This document shows positions 19,971 through 31,420 of a DNA stretch of 64,000 nt, piece after piece. The translations under genes and the position numbers were made by a program. This stretch comes from Nitrospirota bacterium. Its GTDB lineage: Bacteria > Nitrospirota > UBA9217. The notes under the pieces were generated by a model. That model did not search any database, was not told where the DNA came from, and saw only the letters and a list, made by a program, of their open reading frames with translations. The stretch's first letter is position 1; each line of letters opens with the position of its first letter. The DNA is taken from assembly GCA_963754875.1 (NCBI GenBank), contig CAVWHO010000020.1, forward strand, positions 256,001 through 320,000, in the 5' to 3' direction.

Positions 19971-20669
19971 CTACTGCTGTTTGTCTTCTCGAAGTCTTTC
20001 CAGCGCTTCTTTTGCCGCTTTCTGTTCGGCTTCCTTTTTGCTTTTGCCGATGCCGTGACCGTATACGTTTTCCTTTAACGGAAAGCTCGACTTCAAACTG
20101 TTTCTGGTGATCGGGGCCGGTCTCGGACACGATCCGGTATTCGGGAAGCTGCTTCAGCCGCTCTTGGCACAGTTCCTGGAGTTCGGTCTTGTAATCGAGC
20201 GTGCCGCGGGACGTGCAGGTTTTTTTAACCATCTCTTCGAAGAACCGGATGACGAATGCTTCCACAGCTGCATTGCCTGCATCGAGATAAATGGAGGCGA
20301 TGAGCGCTTCAAGACAGTTCGCGAGCAAGCGAGTCCTTGTCCCTTCCGCCGGTCTGTTCTTCTCCTTTGCCGAGCAGCAGGTAGCTGCCAAGACCGATTT
20401 CCCGGGCAACGGAGGCGAGGGCGGGCTCGCTCACGACAGCAGCGCGCAGCCGCGAGAGGTCGCCCTCGTTCGAATCGGGACAGTTTTTCATCAGGTATTG
20501 ACTGATCACGAGACCGAGAACGGCGTCGCCGAGGAACTCGAGCCGTTCGTTGTGGGCAGGAAACCCGGTTTTCGTTTGCAAAGGACTTGTGCGTCAGCGC
20601 CCGTTCGAGCAGTTCCGGGTCCTTGAACTGATGGGAAATCCGATGCTGCATGTCCGAAAGGGGCGGCAT
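19971..20669 (-). CDS. rnc: Ribonuclease III (frameshifted)
   Basis: [26 protein letters not shown] dsRBD, AEQKAA spread over several frames. Confidence 0.9.
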
Positions 20670-20670
20670 G

Positions 20671-21914
20671 TTATTTGCGGAAGCGTTTAAAGATCAGGCA
20701 CGCATTGGTGCCGCCGAAGCCGAAGGAATTCGACATAGCCACATCCACCTGCACGTGTCTCGCTTTATTGGGGATATAGTCCAGATCGCACTCTGGATCG
20801 GGGTTATCGAGGTTGATGGTCGGCGGCAGGACGCCGCGGTCCAAGGCCAGGACGGAGACAACGGCCTCGACGCCGCCGGCAGCGCCGAGCAGGTGGCCGG
20901 TCATGGATTTCGTGGAGCTGACCGGTATCTTATAGGCATAGTCGCCGAAGACGGTCTTGATGGCAATGCTTTCGAGCTCGTCGCCGTACTTCGTGGATGT
21001 GCCGTGTGCATTGATGTAGCCCATTTCCGTGGGAGCGATGCCTGCGTCCTTGATCGCCAGTTTCATGCACCGCGCGGCCCCTTCGCCGTTCGGAGCCGGG
21101 GAGGTTATGTGGTAGGCGTCTCCCGAGGCGCCGTAGCCGATCAGTTCCGCATGGATGCGCGCACCTCGCGCTATTGCGGACTCCATTTCTTCGAGGATCA
21201 ACGACGCCGGAGCCTTCGCCCATGATGAACCCGTCGCGGTCGGTGTCGAAGGGACGGCTTGCGCGCTGGGGCTCATTGTTCCGCGTGGACAGGGCCTTCA
21301 TGGCATTGAATCCGCCGACGCCGAGCGGGCAGATGCAGGACTCGGTGCCGCCGGCGATCATGGCATCGGCGTCTCCGCGCTCGATGGTCCTGAACGCTTC
21401 GCCGATGGAGTGGGTCCCCGTTGCACATGCCGTGACGACACAGATGTTAGGACCCTTGGCGCCGTAGCGGATGGAGAGTATCCCCGCAGCTTCATTGATG
21501 ATCAGCATGGGGATAAAGAAGGGGGTTATCTTGCGAAAACCCCGCTCGAGATAGACCTTGTGGTACTTTTCAATGGCAGGGAGTCCGCCCATGCCCGCGC
21601 TGACCATGACACCGACGCGCTCCGCATTCTCCTCGGTGATCTTGAGTCCCGCACGAGTCCATGGCCATCTGGCTTGCGGCTATCGCCAGATGAATAAAGC
21701 GGTCCATTTTTTTGATCTCTTTGAGCTCGATGTATTTCTCGGGCTCGAAGCCGTGGATCTCGCCTGCGATCTGCGTCGGAATATTCTTGTCCTCGAACTG
21801 CGTGATCGGGCCGATGCCCGACTTGCCGTTGATCAAGCCTTCCCAACTTGTTTCCGTATCAAGTCCGACCGGGGTGATCATCCCGATGCCGGTGACGACA
21901 ACTCTTCTTTTCAA
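20671..21914 (-). CDS. fabF: 3-oxoacyl-ACP synthase II (two frameshifts)
   Basis: RRVVVTG, TACATG catalytic Cys, [21 protein letters not shown]. Confidence 0.93.
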
Positions 21915-22041
21915 AAGAGGGTTCCTCCTGGATAAAAATCCGAAAAGCCAAAAAACCAGCCCCCGCTCGAGCGGAAGAGGTCTTCTGGCTTTTTGGAATT
22001 ATGGTTCCTGTAGTTTGTATTTCCGTTGCTGGAGAACGCCG

Positions 22042-22308
<267 letters not shown>

Positions 22309-22358
22309 TTAAGACTTGATTGATCGTGTATGGTGCGTTGTGAAAATCGATTACTCGT

Positions 22359-23099
22359 TTACATGTACATTCCGCCGTTCACGTGGATCACCTGGCCGGT
22401 GATATACGACGCCCACGGCGAGGCGAGGAACCTGACGGCATTTGCCACGTCCTGCGGCGTGCCGAGCTTGCCCATGGGAATCTGCTTCGCCAGCTCCTGC
22501 CTTACATTCTCGGACAGAGCCTGGGTCATGGCCGTATCGATGAAGCCCGGGGCAACGGCATTTGCCGTGATGCCTCGGTTCGCGTATTCACGGGCAATGG
22601 TCTTTGTCAGCCCGATGAGGCCGGCTTTGGAAGCTACATAGTTAGCCTGGCCGGCGTTCCCCATCGCGCCGACGATCGAGGCAATATTGATGATGGTTCC
22701 CGCACGCTGCTTGGACATGTACTTGAGTGCAGCCTTCGTGCAGAGGAACGAACCTTTCAGGTTGATGCTGAGCACCAGGTCCCAATCCTCATCCTTCATA
22801 CGGAGGATGAGGCCGTCGCGGGTGATGCCTGCATTATTCACCAGGATATCAATTCTGCCGAACTTTTCTATTACCTGGTCGATCATGGCCGTGACATCAG
22901 CGGAAGCGGCCACGTTCGCCTTGAGGGCCAGTGATTTTCTGCCTTTGGTCTCGATATCTCCGGCGGTTTTTTGTGCGGCATCGAGGTTAACATCGCAGAT
23001 GGCGACATCGGCGCCATCGTTCGCAAGAGCAAGGGCGATGTCCCTGCCGATCCCCTGGGCAGCTCCGGTGACGAGGGCGATTTTACCAGATAAGCTCAT
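22359..23099 (-). CDS. fabG: 3-oxoacyl-ACP reductase
   Basis: TGAAQGIG, NNAGITRD, YVASK, GFIDT. Confidence 0.95.
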   Translation of the reverse strand: MSLSGKIALVTGAAQGIGRDIALALANDGADVAICDVNLDAAQKTAGDIETKGRKSLALKANVAASADVTAMIDQVIEKFGRIDILVNNAGITRDGLILRMKDEDWDLVLSINLKGSFLCTKAALKYMSKQRAGTIINIASIVGAMGNAGQANYVASKAGLIGLTKTIAREYANRGITANAVAPGFIDTAMTQALSENVRQELAKQIPMGKLGTPQDVANAVRFLASPWASYITGQVIHVNGGMYM

Positions 23100-23217
23100 G
23101 AACTCCTCCAGAGACAATTCAAAGATCCAGCCATACTCCTCGCAGACATCCGAAAGGCAGATGCACGTCTTGAGTCAATTTCCTGGCGTCCTCTGTGTCG
23201 TTGCGAGAATTATACAG

Positions 23218-24150
23218 CTATATTCCCAGTGTGGTCAGTGTGTCGTTCATGCTCTTCTGGTCTTCGACATTCAGAATTTTTGCGTCTTTGGCGATCCGCC
23301 TGACAAGACCCGAGAGCACTTTGCCGGGGCCGATTTCAATAAAGGTGTCGCATCCGTCAGCTACCATCGCGCTGATTGAGTCTTCCCAGTACAGGGGAGC
23401 GCTGATCTGTTTGACGAGCGACGGCCTCAGCTCCGATGCCGTGCGCAGGAACTTGGCGTCGGCGTTGTTCACGATCGGGAAACGGAGGTCGCGAATCGTT
23501 GTTTTTTCCAGCTCCCGCGCAAGTGCGATGCCGGCCTGTTTCATCAAGGCACAGTGTGAGGGAACGCTTACCGCGAGAGGGATGACTTTTTTCGCCCCTC
23601 TGGATTTTGCAAGCTCCATCGCTTTTTCGACAGCAGCTGTTTCGCCGGCAATTACTATTTGGCCCGGAGTGTTGTAATTTGCAGGGGCAACTATACCATT
23701 TTTAGCAGCTTCAAGGCAAGTTTTTTCTACGTCCTGCCGGTCCATGCCCAGAATAGCGGCCATGAGTCCCGATCCCGCGGGAACTGCTTCCTGCATAAAT
23801 CGCCCTCTTTTTTGGACCAATGCCACGGCGTCTTTGAACTCGAAGCCATCTGCCGCGGTGATTGCCGTATATTCGCCGAGGCTGTGACCGGCTGCAGCCG
23901 CTGCCGTCAAACCTCTCCGTTCAAGAGGCTGCAAGATCGCCATACTCGCCGCCAGAATGGCAGGTTGTGTGTTTTCCGTGAGGTTCAGTTTTTCGACAGG
24001 GCCGTCTATGCACAGACGCGCAAGATCATACCCGAGCGCGGTACTTGCTCTGTCGAAAACTTCTTTGGATTCCGGGAAATTCTCTATAAATTCTTTTGCC
24101 ATCCCGACATACTGGGAACCCTGGCCGGGAAAGATGAATGCGATTTTCAT
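23218..24150 (-). CDS. fabD: Malonyl-CoA:ACP transacylase
   Basis: FPGQGSQ, GHSLGE, VSVPSH. Confidence 0.95.
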   Translation of the reverse strand: MKIAFIFPGQGSQYVGMAKEFIENFPESKEVFDRASTALGYDLARLCIDGPVEKLNLTENTQPAILAASMAILQPLERRGLTAAAAAGHSLGEYTAITAADGFEFKDAVALVQKRGRFMQEAVPAGSGLMAAILGMDRQDVEKTCLEAAKNGIVAPANYNTPGQIVIAGETAAVEKAMELAKSRGAKKVIPLAVSVPSHCALMKQAGIALARELEKTTIRDLRFPIVNNADAKFLRTASELRPSLVKQISAPLYWEDSISAMVADGCDTFIEIGPGKVLSGLVRRIAKDAKILNVEDQKSMNDTLTTLGI

Positions 24151-24270
24151 GAAGTATGACCTCGAAAAATCTTGAGCGCTGCAGTTTGTCGCAGCTTAAA
24201 GAGATAAAAGGCTACCGAGGGATAACCCGTATTCTTTGCTTTATCTGAAGACAAAAGAACTTGTATTCAG

Positions 24271-25461
24271 TTATCCCCGCATTTCCCGGATCTTCTTGAT
24301 CATAATCGGGACAACTTCGTGGACGTCACCGACGATGCCGTACGTAGCCACGTTAAAGATGGGCGCGTCAGGATCTTTGTTGATGGCCACAATCACTTCC
24401 GACGACTGCATGCCGGCAACGTGCTGGATAGCACCGGATATTCCGCAGGCAATATAGAGCTTAGGGCAAACGGTCTTGCCGGTCTGACCTACCTGGTGGG
24501 GATAGGGGACCCATCCTTCGTCAACAGCGCCTCTCGTCGCAGCAACGGCGCCGCCGAGCGCCTTGGCGAGTTCTGCAACAAGCTCGAAGTTTTTAGCGCT
24601 ACCCAAACCACGGCCTCCAGCCACGATAATATCGGCCTCACATATGTTCACCGTCTCTCCGATCTCTTCTATGGTTTTGATGACTTTGGTGCGGAGATCG
24701 CCGGACTGGGTATAGCGCACGTTAATAACGTCCCCGGTCCGGGAGTCGTTGTGCGGAGCTGGTTTCATGACCTTGTGTCTGACCGTTGCCATCTGCGGAC
24801 GGTGGTTCGGGGTTACAATGGTGGCCATAATGTTTCCGCCGAAGGCAGGCCGGGTCTGGTGGAGGTGGCCGGTTTCCGCATCAATATCGAGGGCCGTACA
24901 ATCGGCAGTCAACCCGGTGTACAGTGATGACGCAACTTTGGGGAAGAAGGAGCGGCCGATCGCTGTTGCGCCGGCAAGGATGACCTCCGGTTTATGTTGT
25001 TTCGCAAGCGTTGTCAGGACCGCAGCATAAGAATCGTCGTTGAAATCCTTGAGTGCCGGGTCGTCGGCAACATAGACAATGTCTGCGCCGTGGGCGATGA
25101 GATCCTGCACCTTGTCCTTGATGCCGTGACCGATGAACACGGCAGAGAGCTTTGTTTTCTTTTTGTCGGCGAGCTTCCTGCCCTCACCGAGGAGTTCCAG
25201 GGCCACGCTGGCGACGTCCCCTTTGTGTTGTTCTGCGAAGACCCACACGCCCTTGTAGGCTGACAGATCGGCAGCCGGCGCCGTAGCTTCGTCAATCTTC
25301 TCGATGGCTTTGAATTCGCAGACTTCAACGCAGGCCCCGCACATGGTGCAGGCCTCGGTTATGAATGCCTTGCCCTCTCGCATTTCGATTGCGCCGAAGG
25401 GGCAAGCCGTCACGCAGGTTTCGCAGGACGTGCACTTATCGGATATGACTCGAACGCTCAC
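24271..25461 (-). CDS. etfA: Electron transfer flavoprotein alpha subunit with N-terminal 2[4Fe-4S] ferredoxin domain (CarE-like)
   Basis: CTSCETCVTACP and CTMCGACVEVC; GLTADC, RPAFGG, QVGQTGK, GISGAIQH. Confidence 0.93.
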   Translation of the reverse strand: MSVRVISDKCTSCETCVTACPFGAIEMREGKAFITEACTMCGACVEVCEFKAIEKIDEATAPAADLSAYKGVWVFAEQHKGDVASVALELLGEGRKLADKKKTKLSAVFIGHGIKDKVQDLIAHGADIVYVADDPALKDFNDDSYAAVLTTLAKQHKPEVILAGATAIGRSFFPKVASSLYTGLTADCTALDIDAETGHLHQTRPAFGGNIMATIVTPNHRPQMATVRHKVMKPAPHNDSRTGDVINVRYTQSGDLRTKVIKTIEEIGETVNICEADIIVAGGRGLGSAKNFELVAELAKALGGAVAATRGAVDEGWVPYPHQVGQTGKTVCPKLYIACGISGAIQHVAGMQSSEVIVAINKDPDAPIFNVATYGIVGDVHEVVPIMIKKIREMRG

Positions 25462-25567
25462 GGGGAACTCCTTAAGCCAGAAGACAGATGTCAGAGGACA
25501 GATGACGGATTGTTACTCTCATCTTACGGTTTTGTCTGGTTTCTGAATCTCGCTTTTGTCATCTGTT

Positions 25568-26353
25568 TTAAATAAACGATTGCTCTTTCAACTTTGAAAT
25601 GACAGTAGTGATTTGATCTTCCATGCTCCCGGTCAGAACCTCTCGCTGGCCGCGGGCCGCGGGCGGGAATATTTTTACGACCTTCGTGGGAGAACCCTTG
25701 AGCCCGCATTTGCTGTCGTCGGCGCCGATATCCTTGGCGTTCCAGCTGGTTACCTTCAGGCTTTTGGCCTTCATCTTGCCCTTGAGAGAAGGTACGCGGG
25801 GTTGGTTGATTTCTTTTACAACCGTGATGAGCGCGGGAAGGGACGTTTCAACGACATCATATCCCTCGTCCATCAGCCGTTCAGCCAACATCTTTTTCCC
25901 CTCGATTTGTTCGATCTTCTTTATATACGCGACGAAGGGAATGCCGAGCATATCAGCAGTTTCCGGACCGACTTGCGCTGTGTCTCCATCGATTGCCTGT
26001 TTGCCGGCAATGATCAGGTCGTAATCAGCTATTTTCTTAATTCCCTGGGAAAGAGCATAGGACGTGGCCCAGGTATCCGCACCGGCAAATGCCCTATCGG
26101 AGAGGAGCACGACGTCGTCTACTCCGAGAGAAATGGCTTCTTTCAGCGCCTCAGCCGCCTGGGGCGGGCCCATGGTGACTGCGGTAACCTTGCCGCCGTG
26201 TTTTTCCCGAAGACGGAGAGCCTCTTCGATGGCATACATGTCAAAGGGGTTGATGATGCTCGGAACCCCGTCGCGGATAAGCGTGTTGGTCTCGCGGTTT
26301 ATTTTGACTTCCGATGTGTCCGGAACCTGTTTTACCAGGACGATGATGTTCAT
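25568..26353 (-). CDS. etfB: Electron transfer flavoprotein beta subunit
   Basis: KQVPD, DRAFAGADT, GKQAIDGDTAQVGP, GLKGSPT. Confidence 0.95.
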   Translation of the reverse strand: MNIIVLVKQVPDTSEVKINRETNTLIRDGVPSIINPFDMYAIEEALRLREKHGGKVTAVTMGPPQAAEALKEAISLGVDDVVLLSDRAFAGADTWATSYALSQGIKKIADYDLIIAGKQAIDGDTAQVGPETADMLGIPFVAYIKKIEQIEGKKMLAERLMDEGYDVVETSLPALITVVKEINQPRVPSLKGKMKAKSLKVTSWNAKDIGADDSKCGLKGSPTKVVKIFPPAARGQREVLTGSMEDQITTVISKLKEQSFI

Positions 26354-26419
26354 GTATCCAATCCTTTTCTACGAAAGCACGAAGGGGTTTTTTTGACTTA
26401 ACGACTCTGTGCTGATTTT

Positions 26420-27577
26420 TTATTTCGTTCTTGTAGCTTCCTTAATCATGTCCAGCGCGACAACATTGCGCTGGATCTGGTTCGTGCCCTCGTAAATCTG
26501 GAGGATCTTGGCATCGCGCATCATTTTTTCGACCGGGTATTCCTTCATATATCCCGAACCGCCCATGACCTGGACCGCATCGGTGGTTACTTTCATCGCC
26601 ACATCGGTGGCAAACAGCTTGGCCATGGCCGAGGCGCGTGAAACGTCTTTTGCCCCGCTGTCGATAAAGCGCGCAACGGAATATACGAGAGAGCGTGCGG
26701 CTTCGGTTTGGGTTTGCATGTCGGCAAGCATGTGCTGGACGGCCTGGAACGAGGTGATCGGCTGGCCGAACTGGACCCGTTGCTTTGCAAATTTGATCGC
26801 TTCGTCAATGGCCCCCTGCGCAACACCTACGCCCTGGGCGCCCACACCCGTGCGGGAGCTATCGAGTGTCTTCATGGCAACGATGAACCCCATGCCTTCC
26901 TTGGCAATAATGTTTTCCTTAGGGATGCGGCAATTGTTGAAAATGAGTTCCGTGGTAGATGAAGCCCGAATGCCCATTTTGTTTTCCTTCTTGCCGAAGG
27001 TGAAGCCCGGCGTGCCCTTTTCCACGATGAATGCCGATGCGCCACGCGGACCTTTTGACCTGTCGGTGATTGCGATAACCGTGTAAATATCGGCTTCACC
27101 ACCGTTCGTGATCCACTGTTTGGTGCCGTTCAGTACGTACTCGCTGCCATCGAGCTTTGCCGTAGTCTGTACACCGCTGGCATCGCTGCCGGCGTTGGCC
27201 TCTGTTAGTCCGAAGGCCACGAGTTTCTTACCAGTCGCGATGTTGGGAAGATATTTTTTCTTCTGGGCGTCGGTGCCGTGGAGCAAGATGGGATACGTGC
27301 CGAGCGCATTGGCGGCATAGCTCGTCGAAACGCCCACACAGGCCTTGGAGAGCTCTTCTACGGCGATACAGAGTTCGAGGGATTGCTTGCCCAGCCCGCC
27401 ATATTCCTCGGGAATAAAGATGCCGAAGAGATCGGCCTGAGCCAGGGCTTTCATGATGTCGGTCGGAAATTTGTTCTGTTCATCGAGCTCGGCGCGAACG
27501 GGAACGATCTTTTCCACGGCTATCTGCCGGGCAAGGTCGCGTATCATGATCTGTTCTTCTGTCAGCAAATAGTCCAT
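26420..27577 (-). CDS. Acyl-CoA dehydrogenase, butyryl-CoA dehydrogenase/CarC-like
   Basis: LTEANAGSD, KQWITNG, KMGIR, IYEGTNQIQR with catalytic Glu. Confidence 0.93.
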   Translation of the reverse strand: MDYLLTEEQIMIRDLARQIAVEKIVPVRAELDEQNKFPTDIMKALAQADLFGIFIPEEYGGLGKQSLELCIAVEELSKACVGVSTSYAANALGTYPILLHGTDAQKKKYLPNIATGKKLVAFGLTEANAGSDASGVQTTAKLDGSEYVLNGTKQWITNGGEADIYTVIAITDRSKGPRGASAFIVEKGTPGFTFGKKENKMGIRASSTTELIFNNCRIPKENIIAKEGMGFIVAMKTLDSSRTGVGAQGVGVAQGAIDEAIKFAKQRVQFGQPITSFQAVQHMLADMQTQTEAARSLVYSVARFIDSGAKDVSRASAMAKLFATDVAMKVTTDAVQVMGGSGYMKEYPVEKMMRDAKILQIYEGTNQIQRNVVALDMIKEATRTK

Positions 27578-27632
27578 TAAATCCTCCGCACGGTATCAAC
27601 AATTAATAATCTCAAATATATTTTTTCTTGCG

Positions 27633-28616
27633 TTACCAACGTACAAGAGCTGAAGCCCACGTCAGTCCTCCACCGAATGCTTCAAAAAGGAGGAGATGAT
27701 TTTCTTTAATTTTGCCGCTCCGGACCGCTTCGTCAAGGGCCATGGGGATGGAAGCGGCCGAGGTATTGCCGTATTTAGGAAGTGTCAGCACAACTTTTTC
27801 CATTGGCATATTGAGACGTTGTGCCATGGCTTGAATGATCCGCAGGTTCGCCTGGTGAGGAACGAGGAAGTCGATCTCTTCCGCTTTTACCTTGTTATAC
27901 TCCAGTGCTTCCTGGACGACGCCCTCAAGAGCCCTCACCGCGGCTTTGAACGTTTCATTGCCTTTCATCTTTATAAAATGCATGCGTTTATGGATTGTTT
28001 CGTGAGAGGTCTGGGTTCTGTGCTCCGCCGCCGGGAACATGGATCAAGGTTTCCCTGCGAACCGTCGGAATGGATGTGAGTGGAGAGAATGCCGCGCTTG
28101 CCCGTGTGCCGTTGGATGACTGCCGCACCTGCGCCGTCTCCGAAGAGAATGCAGGTCGAGCGATCCTCCCAGTCCGTATACCGCGACAGGACCTCGGCAC
28201 CGACGAGCAGGATGTTTTTATACATTTCAGATTTGATGTATGCGCTTGCAACGGACATCCCGTAGATAAAGCCTGAACAGGCGGCATAGATATCGAAGGC
28301 AGCGGCTTTTCGTGCCCCGAGTCTTTCCTGGAGCACGCACCCCAAGCTCGGCAGGATCATGTCCGGTGTCATGGTTGCTACTATGATAAGATCGATTTCT
28401 TCAGCGGCGAGCCCCGCGGCTTTGAGGGCTTTTTTGCTCGCTTCATAGGCAAGGTCCGATGTGGTCTGTCCCTTTTCCTGCGATCCTGCGCTCTTTAATG
28501 CCTGTTCGCTCGGTGATCCATTCGTCGGTGGTGTCAATAAGCTTTTCCAGATCCTGGTTCGTAATAATTTTTTTAGGTGCAAAGGATCCGGTTCCTGTTA
28601 TTCGTGCGTGAATCAT
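27633..28616 (-). CDS. fabH: 3-oxoacyl-ACP synthase III (frameshifted)
   Basis: ITGTGSF.P, AACSGF catalytic Cys, FGDGAGA, PHQAN, GNTSAAS. Confidence 0.93.
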
Positions 28617-29626
28617 TTAGTTCTCGTCAGCTCCATATTCTTTTCAATGTCCTCATGAATGTGTTTATTAACCTCGCTCTTGGCAAGCTCGGCGGCGACA
28701 CGAATCGCGTTCTTGATCGCCCGTCGGACGAGCGGCCGTGGCTGATGATGCTGATGCCGTTGATGCCCACGAGTGGTGCGCCGCCGTATTCCGCATAGTC
28801 GACCCGGCGTTTGAGCGAATCGAACGCCGGCCGCATTAACAGATAACCGAGTTTTCGCACCAGGCTCTTGCCGATACCCTCGCGGATAAAGAGGCCTATG
28901 GCTTCGACAACGGATTCGGAGACCTTGAGCACGACGTTCCCGACAAATCCGTCGCAGACGATCACATCGGCGTTGCCGGACATAACATCACGGCCCTCGA
29001 CGTTTCCGATGAAATTAAGCGAGGTCTCGGTCAGGAGTTTGAAAGCTTCCTTGGTCAGTTCGTTCCCTTTGGTTTCCTCCTCCCCGATGGAAAGGAGCCC
29101 CACACGGGGATTTGGAATTCTTAACAGATACTTCGCGTAGACTTCGCCCATAATGGCGAATTGCAAGAGGTGGTTTGGCTTGCAGTCCACGTTCGCGCCC
29201 ATATCGAGGATAATGGACGTGCCTTTAGTGGTCGGCATGAAGGTGGCAATGGCAGGCCGTTCCACGCCCTCAACCGACCCCAGAACAAAGAGCGAGGTTG
29301 CCATGGCTGCGCCGGTATGTCCCGCACTGATCACGGCGACTGCCTCTCCGTTTTTGACGAGATCGTTGGCCACCCGGATGGACGAATTTTTTTTCCTGCG
29401 AAAGACCGTAGCAGGCGAATCGAGCATGTCCACGACTTCGGCGGCATTTTGAATCTCTATGGGAAGCGTTTTTGCTTGAGGGTGCTTGTCTAATTCTGCC
29501 CGGACAATCTGTTCGATACCGACCAGGATTATCCCGACCTCCGTACTCCATTGCAGCCTGCACGGCACCTGCGATGACGGCATGCGGCGCGTTGTCCCCC
29601 CCCATTGCATCAACGGCAATCTTCAT
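28617..29626 (-). CDS. plsX: Phosphate acyltransferase (frameshifted)
   Basis: MKIAVDAMGGD, DMGANVD, GNVEGRD, DGFVGN, ISHGRS. Confidence 0.93.
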
Positions 29627-29705
29627 TCAGACTCCCTACAATATAAAAGGCAAAGGGTCATACGGAAAAACAGTATCATCCCTTTGCCTTCGAACATGCT
29701 TCTGA

Positions 29706-29891
29706 CTATATCTGCTGAACAGTCATGACCTCACGGCCGTTATAGGTGCCGCAGGACAGACAGGCATGATGAGGCTGTTTGACCTCCTGACACTGCGGGC
29801 AGACCGTCAGGTTCGGGGCCATGAGTTTTTGTTTTTCTGTGCGTCTCTTGTCCCTGCGGGACTTGGAATGTCTGTGTTTTGGATTTGCCAT
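29706..29891 (-). CDS. rpmF: 50S ribosomal protein L32
   Basis: MANPKHRHSKSRRDKRR..CPQC..H.AC.SCGTY. Confidence 0.95.
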   Translation of the reverse strand: MANPKHRHSKSRRDKRRTEKQKLMAPNLTVCPQCQEVKQPHHACLSCGTYNGREVMTVQQI

Positions 29892-29908
29892 TTTTAGTAA
29901 TACTCCTT

Positions 29909-30426
29909 CTATTTTTTTAATAAATCCTTTAAAGCGGCAAAAGCACCGAAATCTCCCGGCCCACTCTGCTGGTGACCGCATTGCGTTTTGTTCAGATCCG
30001 TTCCGCAGACGCTGCAGAGCCCCTTGCATTCAGGATTGTGAAGCGGGACCATGGGGACGGCGATGAGCAACTGCTCCTTTACAATACTCGATCGGCTCGA
30101 TTTCATCGCCTTGATAGAACTCTATGTCGAGTTCTCCGGAAACCAGCTCATGCTCCGGCGCCGCACCAAGCGAATTGACCGGGGCCAGGTCAACGAGTCA
30201 ATTCGTTGTCTATCTTATAAGGAAAGCTTATCAGGCAACGGCTGCATTCAAGAACGGCAGTTGCCTGTACTCGCCCTGAAATATGGAGGATGCCTCTTCC
30301 TTCCGGTTTGATTCGCAGATCCGCTGTAAACTCCGCGATGTCAGCGCCCTTGTCGAACAAATCGAGCTTCTGCGCAAGCTCCAGGGTAAGCCCCTCTGGC
30401 GGTATGTCGTTGATTTTGATAGCCAT
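29909..30426 (-). CDS. yceD: YceD/DUF177 protein (frameshifted)
   Basis: ECSRCL and CKGLC..CG.DLN motifs; canonical position upstream of rpmF. Confidence 0.85.
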
Positions 30427-30457
30427 TTCTTTTTATTACCGGGGCTGTAAGATTGGA

Positions 30458-30486
30458 ATTATATAGAGACAGCCATGTTTTGTCAA
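30458..30486 (-). promoter_or_regulatory. Consensus sigma70 promoter of the yceD-fab operon
   Basis: Minus strand TTGACA-17 bp-TATAAT. Confidence 0.8.
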
Positions 30487-30743
30487 GAAAAAATACCGTT
30501 CTTTGCCCTGACCCAAGATAACGGCATTGCTCTTGCTATTATTTATTATCGATGTTTTTTGTGCTTAGTAACAACCCATGGCTTTTGTGCCGCAGAACGG
30601 CAGTGCAGGATGTTGCAATTTGTTTGCTAGTTTCTATCCAGCTGCAAATGCACGTATACCCTAAAAATACCCTATCTGATGTGTTGACTTCACTGGGCGA
30701 TTTAACTAAAATTTTAAACCTGCCAAAACTCAGGAGGCATTCA

Positions 30744-31420
30744 ATGAGAACAAAATTGCTGCTTCTGTTCGGTCTTTGTTGCTTCCTTTGTTTTTGTTGT
30801 CGGCACAACACGGCTATGCAGCCATCTATAAGTATTTAGACAAGGACGGTGTGATCTGTTTTGCAAACGATCTCCAGTCCATTCCTGAACAGTTCCGTGC
30901 GAACGCTAAAGTCGTGAGTGACGATACAGATCAGGAGAACCAACAATCGATGCATAACCAGCAGATACCAGGACAGACCAACGGGAAATCACGAGGATGT
31001 TCCCCCGGAATAGCCCATAATAGGGCAGTCGATACTCGGAATGAAAATAGTTTTTTCAATAATCGCATGCTTCTTACGGCAATTGTCGTTGTGAGCGCCG
31101 GCTTCGCTTTTATTATTCTGGGGATGCTTGAGACTGATCACAAAAAAACGATTGCGTCGTTCGCGTAACTCTTCTGTGGGCAGTAGCGCTCTATCTTCTC
31201 ATTGCGCATGCCGGCGACGCGCTTCGTATGATTCGAACATTCGGCGGTACAAGTCGACGAGGTGAAGCACCAGTCTGAGGAAAAAGGAAAGAAGGCCGCA
31301 AAAGCCGATAAAAGCCATGAGGACAATTTGTGGAACAGGTCGGACAGGCTTCCTCAACCGATATTCCGGAAGACAGTTCGAGAGAAAAAAGAGTAGAGTG
31401 TACGTGCAAGATCAATTGTT
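30744..31420 (+). CDS. DUF4124-domain exported/membrane protein (frameshifted; end approximate)
   Basis: Signal peptide then AIYKYLDKDGVICFANDLQSIPEQFR; AGGAGG RBS. Confidence 0.55.
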
